A DNA stretch of 60,138 nt, counting the filler, from Stramenopiles sp. TOSAG23-6 (lineage: Eukaryota), in NCBI GenBank assembly GCA_900128565.1. It is 13 parts of 13 records of this genome, joined end to end, with 100 filler letters (N's around TTAATTAATTAA, not from the genome) between each part and the next. Parts side by side here need not be neighbours in the genome. Positions count along the whole stretch, not along the records: positions 9,287 to 13,829 come from LT637138.1; positions 13,930 to 18,472 come from LT637139.1; positions 18,573 to 23,111 come from LT637140.1; 10 more parts are not named here. One strand, written 5' to 3'. Both the position numbers and the translations under genes were made by a program. Positions 9,287 to 21,308 of the stretch are shown here, one piece after another; the first letter of the stretch is position 1; every line of letters begins with the position of its first letter. Under the pieces are notes generated by a model. It made no database searches. It was not told the DNA's origin and saw nothing but the letters and a program-made list of their open reading frames with translations.

Positions 9287-12200
9287 TTGTACCTAACAAA
9301 TTTTTTAAGATTTTTTTTGAAATATTTTTCCAAAATACATGGTGCTAAACATTTCAATACACCTAAACACAAAAAGTCACCATTTCAAAAAATCTTTCAA
9401 ATCTTTCAAATCTCTAATGTTTTCCATTTAATCTGCTTTGGATTTGGAATTGTGTTGATATTAGGGTTAGGGTTTTATCTACGATGTAGAAAATATCGAA
9501 TTCAATTCAAGCGTAAACAGTCTCTGTAGTCTTCAGTATTGTTGTACGCATTGTGATATTCGTGATATTCCGTACCATTTTTTACATACGATGCTTCATT
9601 TAAAAAAATAATTTTATTTTTCTTCAAAATACAATTACTTTTGAAGTGTATATATCTTCTTTTTTTTTTAAATTTATTATGATTCACTTTGAATTGTGTC
9701 ATCAGTTTTCCAAATATTTCTTTTCCATTTGCTTTATGGTCTTGAAGAAACCTGCAGGCGCCATCCAATGTGTGATGTGTGTAGCTAAGGCCGATTTCAT
9801 CAGTGCAGCATAAGTCATATGACTTATGACGTTTTTTTTATGATTTTATAGACTTATGTTTCTGTGCAGTTCATCAGCAATTGTCATAACCTAGGTGGAC
9901 TCGAACCCTCGACCTTATGAATTATTAAAATTCAACTTTTGACCACTCATTTTTGATATTTTATTTTAAACATCATTTTTGTTCTGTGGTGTGTACGCTT
10001 TGACCAAGTAGTAGTAGTCGTCGTCGTTGTCTTCCTTTTCAATAATACCAAGTTGATTCCCTCTTATACAACTGCATCATATTATTGTTTGAATAGAGAA
10101 ACACAGAATTATCATAGAGTCCTGATGGCTGAAAATAATCATGGTGAAATTGATGCTGAGCCCTTGCCCTTGTCCTTGCCTAAAACAAAAAAAAGAAAAC
10201 GAAGATCTAACTTTACGACTGATGAACTTCCACTTATTCTAAGGGCTGGGTATGCAGCAAGTCACAATAACAAGGGTTCAGATAATAAGACGTCGACACT
10301 TGAAGAATTGATTGAAGCCAATTTCAAGAAACTCAGACCTTCTTCAGTAAGAACTGGCGATGCACTTTGGACAAAGTTCAAAAATCTCAAAAGAGATTGC
10401 GGTAAGTACTATACTATTTACTGTACTTTAAAGAGAGCTAAGAAGTCAGGTTGGGAAGAGGAAACATACTATCACGAATCAATTAAAGCTATGAAGAAGA
10501 ATTTCAGTACTACACCTGCCTTTTCTCAAGAAGTTTATGCTATCTACAAAGAGATGCATGAAATGCACGAAACAGCAACTGTGAAAAAAGGCACCAGCGG
10601 AAGAAACAAAATTCGAGCAATTGACAAGGCAAAGAAAGGTGTACAGCAAATTATTGATCTTACAAAAAAAGAAACAAAACACCAGCAAAAGGCCATGTTA
10701 GATGCCCAGAGAGATCGTTCAGCAGCAGTTCAGCAGATGTCCCAAGTTATGTTCATGAGGCAAATACGATCTTCACCACCGGGTAGTGAAAACAGTAAAT
10801 TTCTGGAATTCATTGAGGGAAATCAAAGAAAACTTATGATGATGCAGATGGAAGAGAGCCTGCTTAGACAGCAGGATAAGATTGATAAACTAAAGAAGAA
10901 AATAAACAATGGCAAAGAAAGTAAGGACAAAGAAAACAATGAAGAAAACAATGAAGAAAACAGCAATGAAGAAAGCAATGGCGACAAAGAAAAAGACGAA
11001 GAAAACAACGAAGAAGACGAACTTCTTGTCTCATAGAAAAATATCGTTAGGTACAAAATTTCGTATGAAAATGTTACATGTATACGTTACTTTTTTATCT
11101 TTCATATTCTACATTAATTTTATATCTTTCCTATTGCACATCTAGATAAAAAGAATAGCAATAAAAAGAATAAAAATGATAAAAGAAAATTATTTTGAAA
11201 TTCAAATCATCTTTATAATAAAATTAATATTGGGAAATTAATGCATCTCTAAGTTTGAAATGGGCACTCTTACTACAGATTGATGAGTATCTTTGCTGAA
11301 TTAAATCTGCAATTGTTATTCCTTCAGCTTCAGCAAGTAGGTCTAGCACTGTATCGACGCATTTTCCTTCAAGAAAAGCTTTTAGATCAGGGTCTCTTTC
11401 TTCTTCTATTTCTGCATTGTAAAGGTCTCCTTCAAATTCTGAACCGAAAAAAAGAACATCGCAATTGTTTGCAACTATCATATTATGCATCAAAAAACAA
11501 AATTTTATCATTGTTCTCAAGTCTTCAATGTTTTGGTAATAAGCTGCAGATCGCATGAATGCAAACCTCTTCTGAATTACCCCAAAAAGACGTTCAACAT
11601 CTTTTCTGATTGCTTCATGGCATTTAACATATTTTTTTTGTGATGTTGATATTGGGTTCATTGATATTGCATAACAGGCCCACTTTGGGTACACACCATC
11701 GCCTAATCTATATTGAATAGAAAATTCAGATTGCTCACCTGACTTTGATTTAATAAAAAACTGTTTTTCACCGAATTCTCCTCGTAGAAATGCACCAAGC
11801 ATCGGATCACGCTCCGCAACACGGTTGTCTGGTTCTGTCCCGAGCCCTGAAAGATTAAGATGTGCACACCACAAATTACTGTGGCTGACTGCACTGACTT
11901 TTACACCACAACCTTTGTCACCCTTGAACTGTGCCTGGAGTATTTTAGGGCACGCATCCCATCTCACAACCATGCAGTCTTCAGACCCATGACAACCTGG
12001 AAATCCTGCTAACTCTTTTGATTTCAACTCTCTTTTCATCATATCCAGATGCAAAGGGTGTTGTGAAAAAATCTGTGGTAGATACTTGTCTCCTAGATTT
12101 TTTACAGTAGCACGTGCTACTTGAAGAATCTTCTTCCCAATTGCTGATTTTCCAAATCCAACTGGACACTCTAATTGAATATCAGCTACTGCAGTCCGTA

Positions 12201-13829
12201 CCTTTTTTAGTAAAGCTAGCAGTCCTAGATCAGCAGACATTCCAAATTTTCCAGTGGCATTGGGTTTAGCTGCGCAATCATCTTTAATATTGATGAGAAC
12301 TTCTTCGTAAACTTCTTTTGGTACGCCAAAATGCTGATGGAATTCAAGATCAGTGTAAAGTTGTGTGTTATTCTCAGTGGCGAAGAATTCTTTGAACCAA
12401 TTAGTTGGTGTTCTTTTTCTTTTTTTCCCTCCTGGTTTGCTACCACCTCGTCTGTCACGTTTAACTTCTGCTTCCCATTGTTGAAAGTTACATATATAAT
12501 TTTGACTACTTGTATCTAATGCAAACTCATCATTATCTGTAGCTATTAGCATAGCAGCTAGTTCTTCTTCATCAGATGTGTCCATTGTATTACATAAGTT
12601 GAAAACTACGCAAGACTTGTCACACGATTGTACACGACGACGAAGTTCATTCGACTCGACACGTTTTGATGTTTGACCGATGATTCTATATAGCATTTCG
12701 TGTTTTATTGAAGTTATGACGCGAGATAAAGTTAATAAAAAAAAGACAATTTATCATAAAATGCAAAAAAAAACATAAAGTTATGACAAAAATTTATGAT
12801 TATCATAACTTTTTTTACTGATGAATCCGGTAATCATAACTTTTTGTCATAAGTTACCCGGGAACCATACTTATGCTGTACCGATGAAACCGGCCTAATG
12901 GTATAAGTTATATAATAATATTATATGACGATGACGTCATTGGTTTTGATTGACTTCGTTTTTTTCAAATCTTTGACTGGCCGATCTGATCTGGCCGATG
13001 AGAAAGTTTCTCCATGTGTGGCAATAATAAACATAGTTTTGTAGCAACAAACGTTTCTAAAAATGCGTTCTTTGGTTTCAGAAACTTTTGTCCATGTATT
13101 GGCAATATTAGCTGTTAGTACTGCTCAAGTGTCTGATATTTTCTCATCTGTTGATCAAGAGCTTGCTATGAATGTTGCAAGGCTTACACTTGCCAATTCA
13201 TCTGACACGTGGGACCTTGCAAAGGCTTCTACTATTTTGCACCTCACAGATGGACAATCGAAAAGTGTAATTACATGCTCTATGGCAACAGATGCACTTC
13301 GTGTTGCGGAAAGTGCTTCGGATATCCATGCTGCTGTGGTAATTGAACAGGTGGCAGGTGGGTGTGGTATCAAGTTGGAAGATTCCATGGTGAATACTTT
13401 AATCAAGGCCTCAGAGTCAAGTGTTCTTATGGATATTTACCACGGAGTGAAAGCACTTCATCAAACGGGTAAGACAATAAATAGTAACACTGTAACAGAA
13501 AATGTAATTTCATTGATGGAAGAAGATGGGGCATTTCGAGAAGCGGCGGATAGTGATTACTCTTCGGAGCTTAACGCTGGTTATGCATATGAAATTCTTT
13601 CGATTACGTACCCAAAACTAGAATCCAAGTGGATATCGTCCAAGAAAGATAAAACGGAAACAACTCCAGAAGCTACGAAAATATTTAATCTATTGGAAAA
13701 TATCGATACTGTAGTTGATGGCATTGGCACTATACTTGATGCTTCGGAAAAAGTCGATATGTCTCTCTCGATAAATGTATGTTTTATTTTTTTTCAATTT
13801 CGAATTTATTTTTCGTACGAAATTTTGTA
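9287..13829. repeat. Exact duplicate of contig 4644-9186, including a second copy of the Harbinger element (9789-12895)
   Basis: Same sequence, ends and flanks at offset 4643; ORF translations are identical. Confidence 0.95.
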
Positions 13830-13929
13830 NNNNNNNNNNNNNNNNNNNNNNNNNNNNNNNNNNNNNNNNNNNNTTAATTAATTAANNNNNNNNNNNNNNN
13901 NNNNNNNNNNNNNNNNNNNNNNNNNNNNN

Positions 13930-15550
13930 CTTTGGCAGATTACAACGGAGCCTTTAGTGATTTCTACACGGGTATTAAATGTCATCAAGAAAACAAGCGA
14001 TCCTATCGAATTTTAGGAGGTGGCAAAAAAAATATTTTGGAGAAACTCAAAGAGATACTATCGGAAACAAATAGCGAGAAATATGACATTGTTAGTATTC
14101 ATGGACATGGTACTAAATTTTTAATTGAACTGGATAAAGGATTTGGATTATTAATGGAATCTTCCTGCCGGGGAGAATCTTGGAACCTGGGAGAATTTTG
14201 GAACGGTATGTTTTTTCATCCTTTTTTTTTCATCCTTTTTTTTTTAGTATGAAATTTTGTACCTAACAAAAAAAACTTTTTTTTTTTGAAATTTTTTTCT
14301 AACTTACAGCTATACGTCAAAGTTCTAAAGTAAATGCCAATGTATACCTAGAAGCATGTGAAACAGCAAACATTTCATCACAGCAGCCATCATTTGTAGT
14401 GGACTCGAACAGATTTAAGCTAATTTCAGACTTTCTTCCACCTGATAGAGCACAGAGATTTTTTATGTTATTTGAATCTGGAACGACTGTACCTACTAGG
14501 TTTCCAGGTTCGCATGTCATAAAGCCAGACTTTTCTATATTTGGTGCTCTACCTTTCAATGTGCTCCTTCACAAGCGGAAAGATTTCCACTGGATGATTA
14601 CACATGTTTTACTTCCAGGCCGGACAGTCTATGGTCAAAAATCATGTGCATCAATGAAGTATGATGATAAGTGTGTGCCTTATCATGGATTAGGCGACGC
14701 AGCGTATAAAAAGACCGGTATTCCTTATTGTAGCGAAGATACATCAGGAGGCAGCTTGTTATGTTGGGGAAACATCGTCTTGCACAAAATTGAGTCCAGC
14801 ATTTCCATATCGACGCCCTTGGATGGCACTTGGTGTAGTGGCAGTTATAAAGAAACTGGCCTCGGGACATTTTTCTCTTTAGACAAAACTATAGGTGGAT
14901 ATGTAGCACTGTGCACAAATCTTTTTAATGGTCTTCCGAATGAAAAGAGGAACAAATTGAAGAAAAATCTTTTATTACTAAACAAGCATGTAAACAATCG
15001 ATACACAACTTTTGAGAAGTATCATAACTGGCTTAAGAACAGTGAGATTGAGAAAAGAATACAGATAATATCCCAACCAATCCCGATACCTGGACATCGG
15101 GGAGGTTTGAGGGCACCAGTTCTCTTTGGAAGTGATCCTATACAAATTGATTTTCTTACAGTTGTTCGTTATGGCAAGGTTAATCATAACGATAAGGACA
15201 GCCACATTGGTCATACTGTACTTTATTTGGGTAATGAATCAAAATCGCCACACCACTTAAAGATGGATCTTAGAACTACTGAAGATTATGATGTAAATTA
15301 TACATATCTAGAAATCCCACAAAGAAGATTTCGGTTTATACCTGATCAAATTTGTTATACAGTGAAATTAGATCATCCTTTAAGCGTTACTGATGTAAAA
15401 AGCAAAATGCGTGAATGGTGGAAGCAAAATTTTCAACAATTTAAAACATATAACAAAAATACTGCAAATTGTATGATGTATGTTGATTCAATGGCTTCCT
15501 TTCTCACGAAAGATAAAGTTCTTTTGTTAAAAAACAAACAAAAAAAATAA
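13930..15550 (+). CDS. 5'-truncated putative protease: caspase/CHAT-like N-terminal part plus permuted papain-like C-terminal part; exons <13930-14205, 14310-15550
   Basis: IVSIHGHG...VYLEACET (clan-CD His-Gly/Ala-Cys pattern); C-terminal GHTVLYLG...YNKNTANCMMYV (PPPDE/LRAT-like H...NC). GT-AG intron 14206-14309 joins the frames. Confidence 0.55.
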
Positions 15551-16047
15551 AGGATGCGATTGTAAAGAGCAAACATTGATAGAATAGTACTTGGAATGTA
15601 TAGATTATATGATTTCAAGGAATGCATAATGAAGCCAATGGCATTGATCAAAAATCTCAAATGACCTTTAATGCTTTAACCGTTCATAGTCATATGGAAA
15701 CTTTTGGATTTATTCAATTTTAGATTTAATTGTTTTGCAATTGTTTTAGGTACAAAACAAAATTGAAATATATTATATAATATTTTAGATTTAAAATGAA
15801 TTCGTTTTATTATGTACAAAGATATTGTATATAAAAAATATGAAAATAATAAAACATACAATAATTACTCAATATATCGTTAGGTACGAAATTTCCTATG
15901 AAAAAAAAATAATACATTCATGATGTAAAAACGTACATCGGTCGGTCAAAAGTCAAAAATCGAAAATCGAATTTATCCTCCAGAGAAAAAACGTTCTTCT
16001 TTCTTCCGCAAAAACACCTTTTTTTCTTGATTATTTTTGAAACAACA

Positions 16048-16551
16048 ATGCCTCCAAAAGTATTAATTTTGGCTTTCATTGTAAGTGCTTGTACTCACGT
16101 ATCATTTATTGCCGCTGATAGTGAAGATCTGGATTCTTTGCCCCGTGAAGCGATACCTTTGAAAAGTTCTGCAGCTGTTGCTGCTGCCTCATTTGTATTA
16201 GAGGAATTACGAAACTTGTCCGACTCAGGTATTTACGAAACTATCGAATTGAAATCTATCAAGGCTGCGTTTTCTCAAAAAGGAGTTTTTCACGATAATA
16301 TCCATCTCACTTTAGAATTGAGTAGTCCCCATCTTGTAGATGGACCTTCGTCTACGCACAGTGTCATGGTCATGACGTCTCTGGAGGATGGAGTTCAAAG
16401 TTTCGCGATTGATGATTTTCCAGTAATGGACGAAGACGCGGTTGAAGAGTTTTGGATTAAGCGCGTGGAAGCTCGGAGGCGTCTTCGTGAAGAATCATTT
16501 GCGCGTATAGAGAAAGCAGCAAAAGTAGAGTCGAGACATCAGGAACTTTAA
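16048..16551 (+). CDS. Secreted hypothetical protein, possibly cystatin-like fold
   Basis: Signal peptide MPPKVLILAFIVSAC; intact, GC-richer ORF. Confidence 0.7.
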   Translation: MPPKVLILAFIVSACTHVSFIAADSEDLDSLPREAIPLKSSAAVAAASFVLEELRNLSDSGIYETIELKSIKAAFSQKGVFHDNIHLTLELSSPHLVDGPSSTHSVMVMTSLEDGVQSFAIDDFPVMDEDAVEEFWIKRVEARRRLREESFARIEKAAKVESRHQEL

Positions 16552-16636
16552 ATATATAAATAATATACAATTCAAAAAATAGCTTAAATTTTATAACACT
16601 AATAACAGTATTTTTCCTCTGAAAAAATACTCAATT

Positions 16637-17635
16637 TCAATCATTTGGTCCTTTTTTTACTGATACACCTTCTTCAATCTGTGATTTTGGCTTATGTGGA
16701 CAAATATGGTAAACAGTGCTGTCTGAACTCGTCTTTTCTTCAGGTGTCGAACCGTCAAAACAATGCACGCAATCTCTTAGTGGACCAGAATTTGTAATTT
16801 TGGTACAACCATCAATAGCAAATAGTTCAACATCAAAAGTGAGGTCTGAATTGGGTGGGACTATATCAATAAACCCCTCAGGACCAAAAGCAAATTTACT
16901 AGGCATATGAATTTTAGCTTTTTCGCCCAAGCTTAAAAGTCGAATGCCAAGATGCCAGCCGTCTAAAACTTCTTGTTTTTTATCTACTTCGAAAGAAAAT
17001 TCTTCACCAGTGCCATAATGTCTGCTAGAGTCAAATACTGTACCTTTAGCATCAAGATAACCAGTATAATGAATCGTCACTATATCACGTTTTTTAGGAA
17101 AATTTACACCATCACCGGACTGTGTAGTCTCAGACTTCCTCACAACTGTTGTGTCCTGTGTCGGCGTTGGTGTTGATGCTGGTGTTGGTGGTGGTGTTGG
17201 TGGTGGTGTTGGTGTAGAAGATGGCTTTTCCACTGGTGTAGGTCCAGGTGCTGCGGGTTCTGGTTGTGACTTTTTCACTGTTTTTGATATTGGTTTTAGT
17301 CCTGTTTTCGGTTTTGTAATTATTTTTATGCTGTCTGTTTCTTCTTTATGCTGAGGGAAAATGACAACTAAGACTATCGTAAATAAAAATATTCCAAAGA
17401 GTAATTTGCATAGATTAGCTCGTTGTCCGCGTATAACTTTTCTAAATGGAACCGATAAGGCAAAACCTTCAGAAGTTGAATCTGATGACGTGGCTGTTTG
17501 AGCATTTGTTTGAGCATTAGCAGTAGATGGTACGTTCTCTACACAATCATCATCCCTCCATAAACGAGACTCTGTCAGTTCTACATCACGTGAAAAATCC
17601 ATGTGATTAGATATACCTCTACTTGAGTACATCAT
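16637..17635 (-). CDS. Membrane-anchored FKBP-type peptidyl-prolyl isomerase
   Basis: GDGVNFPKKRDIVTIHYTGYL...FDSSR...VLDGWHLGI...GEKAKI...VPPNSDLTFDVEL; TM helix and Pro/Thr linker upstream. Confidence 0.92.
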   Translation of the reverse strand: MMYSSRGISNHMDFSRDVELTESRLWRDDDCVENVPSTANAQTNAQTATSSDSTSEGFALSVPFRKVIRGQRANLCKLLFGIFLFTIVLVVIFPQHKEETDSIKIITKPKTGLKPISKTVKKSQPEPAAPGPTPVEKPSSTPTPPPTPPPTPASTPTPTQDTTVVRKSETTQSGDGVNFPKKRDIVTIHYTGYLDAKGTVFDSSRHYGTGEEFSFEVDKKQEVLDGWHLGIRLLSLGEKAKIHMPSKFAFGPEGFIDIVPPNSDLTFDVELFAIDGCTKITNSGPLRDCVHCFDGSTPEEKTSSDSTVYHICPHKPKSQIEEGVSVKKGPND

Positions 17636-18218
17636 TGTATTACTATAAATTTTAGCACTTTTTTTGAATTTTATTTTTCTTCGTCATTTATATTCCGATC
17701 TTTCAAATTTCAAAAGTAACTGAAAAAAATTCTAAAGGTTGAAAGAAAGTCAGCGCGCGAAATTGAAACGGGAAGAAATTGCTATTCCCCTTTTTTTGGT
17801 TTTTGACCACCTCGTCCACTGATGTTTTCCCAGTGAGACGCCTTGATCAGTGTATTTTTTTAGTACATGTACTAAAGTACCGGTATGTATCAATTTGAAG
17901 TCTTATTATGGTTTGTTATTTTAGTCATAGTTATTCAAGCACTTTTACCTGAAATGAGGGCAAACACTGGTTTAAATGCAGTATCGAACACAACAATACC
18001 AGGATCAGAAATAAGGTCATATTTTCGACATAAGTAAAACAGAGAAAGCACCTATTCAGAAGCCTAAAGAGACCCACTCATGCAAATCTTGGTACAGAAG
18101 AACTGGTAGTCAAGGATACAAAAAAGGCAAAGGTCAGAGTTACTATCCCTTTATTGAAATCAATATTGAATACAGTGAAAGAGACACTCAAGTCTAATGT
18201 TATTTTATTTTATCTTTT

Positions 18219-18385
18219 TCAATTATTACTGTATTTTACTTTTCTCAAGCTTTGTTTGACCGTCTGGATAGACTTCATGCATTCCTTCATCAATGTAATG
18301 GCGTCTTGAGCTGTCTTTCTTTTATGAGCAGTTGCTTCATCTTCCTTTAGTAAATCATCTACAAGTTCTGATCTGGATAATTTAG
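18219..18385 (-). CDS. Last exon of a dynamin-family GTPase (GED domain), not in the ORF track
   Basis: After an intron ending ...TTCACAACACAT (18386) the frame reads KLSRSELVDDLLKEDEATAHKRKTAQDAITLMKECMKSIQTVK...*, matching the GED LLxEDxxxxxKR pattern. Confidence 0.6.
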
Positions 18386-18600
18386 ATGTGTTGTGAAAAA
18401 TATTTAAATTGTTTTTTGTTAACTACAAAATTTCGTACCAAAAAAAAAATTGAAATTCATGATAAAAACGTANNNNNNNNNNNNNNNNNNNNNNNNNNNN
18501 NNNNNNNNNNNNNNNNTTAATTAATTAANNNNNNNNNNNNNNNNNNNNNNNNNNNNNNNNNNNNNNNNNNNNCATTTATGGTTTCCTCCCTATAGTAATT

Positions 18601-20961
18601 ATGTCGGATAAAGGTGATTCTAGAGTCTGTAACATTGGGGATAAGGTGCTTGGTACATACGTCAACAAAAAATTTTATGACGCCACAATTACGGGAATAA
18701 ATAAGGAAGATAATTCTTTTATACTCACCTGGGATGATGGAGATCCATCACATCGCGTTGTTCGTGCGTCTAAAGTATTCAAAAATGGTATCGAATGTCA
18801 TTTGCCTGGTACAAAAAAAGGAACTGAAAAAAAAAAAGGAACTGAAAAAATTATCGAATCAGCGGTTGTAGGGACAGGGCCCAGTGCAATACCGCAGTCA
18901 GAAATTAGTCTTGGTGCTCTACGTGCTTCAGTTACAAAGTGTAGTCTCATTGGTATTTGTGGGATGAAAGCATTTAGGCTGCAGGATGATTGTATTTATG
19001 CTGGTTACAAGTGGTATGGCGAAAACGGTGGGGTATGTACGTTTTCATCACGAATTTCAAATTTATTTATGTTTCCTACGAAATTTTGTACCTAACGATA
19101 TTTTTTTGAATTTTTCTTTCACAATACATGCTGGCACAGGCGAAAGTTCAAAAATAGAAAACTTAAAAATAAGCCTTTGTCTAAAACAAATCCAATATCA
19201 AATAAAACGTGCTCTTCTTTGGCTGGTCCAGATTGCTATGCTATCAATGGAGTACCAAGCCCAGGTGAAAAACATTATGAGATGCAAATGGACAATGAGA
19301 TAGACAGCAGTTACGAAAGCGATTTGAAGACATTTCACTGGATAAAAGCCAAGTCAACTCAACCAGATGTAGGTGATGTTTTCCTACAATTACTCAAACA
19401 GCTTCAAAAGAAATTGGATATAGGTGACACGCTCAGTGAGGGAATGGCTGATTTTCTAGATGAATCCTTGTTAGACACTTCAGTCCAAGGTGCTTTTACG
19501 ATGATTGGTCAGTTTAATTCTGCGACAAAATCATTTGAATTGAAACCTAAAATGTGGGTGAGTTACCCAAATGATTCATCATATACTTATGTTGGAATTG
19601 TGGGTCAGCTAACCGATTCCCATATGGAAATAGATGCACGTTTTCAATCTGAAATTGTTTTTGTAGCAAATCTCGAAATCCTAATGTAACATACCTAACA
19701 AATTTCAAATTTATTTTATTTTTCACCATACTTGGTCACATTACCAAAAATGGAGTTCCACTTAAAGGCTGTGATACTTTTGAACTCGATAAGGTGGAAG
19801 AAAACAGAGAAAAAAGAGAAAATCATAAAGAAAAGGAAACAGATCTCCTTTCTGGTTTATGGAATGGATGTACGTTTCCAAATTGATTTTTTTACCAATT
19901 TCGAATTTATTTGTTTTTCTTAAAAAAATTCTGTACTAACGTTTTTTTACTCAAAGAAATACTTTCCCACCATCCATACTACACGTGTCAAGGCGTTGAC
20001 TTGAATTTACTTTTATCAATTAGTGTTGAAAGCAATAATACGGATACAAATGATAAAAATGAAAATATTAGTTTTGTTCGCGCATTGTTTTCATTTGATG
20101 ATGACGTACGTTTTCATCGTGAATGTATCACGAATTTCAATTTTTTTATCGTAAAAAAAAATTGCACCTAACATTTTTTTGGACCATGTTTGAATTTCTA
20201 CATTTTTCACTATACAGAAATTAGAAGATGAATACGGTGAACATTATGGTGTTATAGCTGCTAATGATAATGAGAATGATAAAACCTTTGAGTGGGAAGA
20301 CTTGAATGACGAGGATTTGAAGGATATTGACGAGGAGGAATTGGGTCAGTATATCAAAACAAAATTGGATTTAAGCGATGAAGAATGGGATCAATACGTC
20401 AAAGGAAAAAACTTGTTCTACAATTTTGATTTAGATGATCCTTATGAAGAGCTTGATGATGATGATGATGACGGTTTCGATGAATTTCGTGATTATCTCA
20501 TTAAAAAATGGGATTTAAAAGATGATGATGAATTGGATGAATATCTCACTAAAAAAATTGTAGGTACAGAAACGAAAGAACAATTCAAGAAAAGCGTTCA
20601 TCTTCATTATTTGATTAGTAGTGAGAAAAAAGACCGACATCCTGCAAATATAGATGATGAAGATATAGTACTCTTAGATGGTGAAGACATTCTTGATCTT
20701 GATACTGATATTCTTGATCTTGATAGTCTAATGGGTTCGATAGAAAACGAAAGCGACAAATACAATGTATTTTATGTTTATTTTGATTTAATTTTTTTAA
20801 ATTTTGTTTTTTTGTACCTAACAAATTTCAAATTTTTGAAATATTTTTTCACAGTACGTGGTATCACAAATGAACGTATCAAAGAACTTGTTGCTAGTGC
20901 AATAGGAAATGACATTGAAGACTATGAAATCCTTGTGATCGACCTTGATAAGGAAAAGTAA
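18601..20961 (+). CDS. Multi-exon hypothetical protein (Tudor-like N-terminus, WxGxYxCQG segment, acidic C-terminus); exons 18601-19036, 19130-19635, 19734-19869, 19978-20105, 20218-20766, 20860-20961
   Basis: Five family introns link the track ORFs into one frame; FYDATITGINKEDNSFILTWDDGD is Tudor-like. Confidence 0.65.
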
Positions 20962-21308
20962 ACATCGTACCAAAACATTTCAAAAAATATTATTAGGTAC
21001 ATAATCTTGTACCAAAAAAAAAAAGATGCTGGTAAATTGATTTATGTCCAAACATTTCTTTTCTATCAAAATGATGGATGACCAATAAAATTAAATTGTA
21101 TTTTTGGTGAGTGTTTGTGAATATGAAAGTATTTTTAAAATNTCAAAAATTAAAAAGATTTTAAACCATACTTTACTATACTATTCATACATTTCTTTCA
21201 ATGATCAATTATATATAATATAAGCTCTCTTCATATTTTACCTATTTGCGCGTGATTTTTTTGTACCGAACGTTTTTTTTCAAAACTTTTAAAAATATTT
21301 TTTTACAT

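Noticed and set aside
9287-13829. Tandem duplication or second Harbinger insertion
   Set aside because: The whole contig, with identical ends and flanks, is repeated across an artificial linker, so it is a redundant contig.
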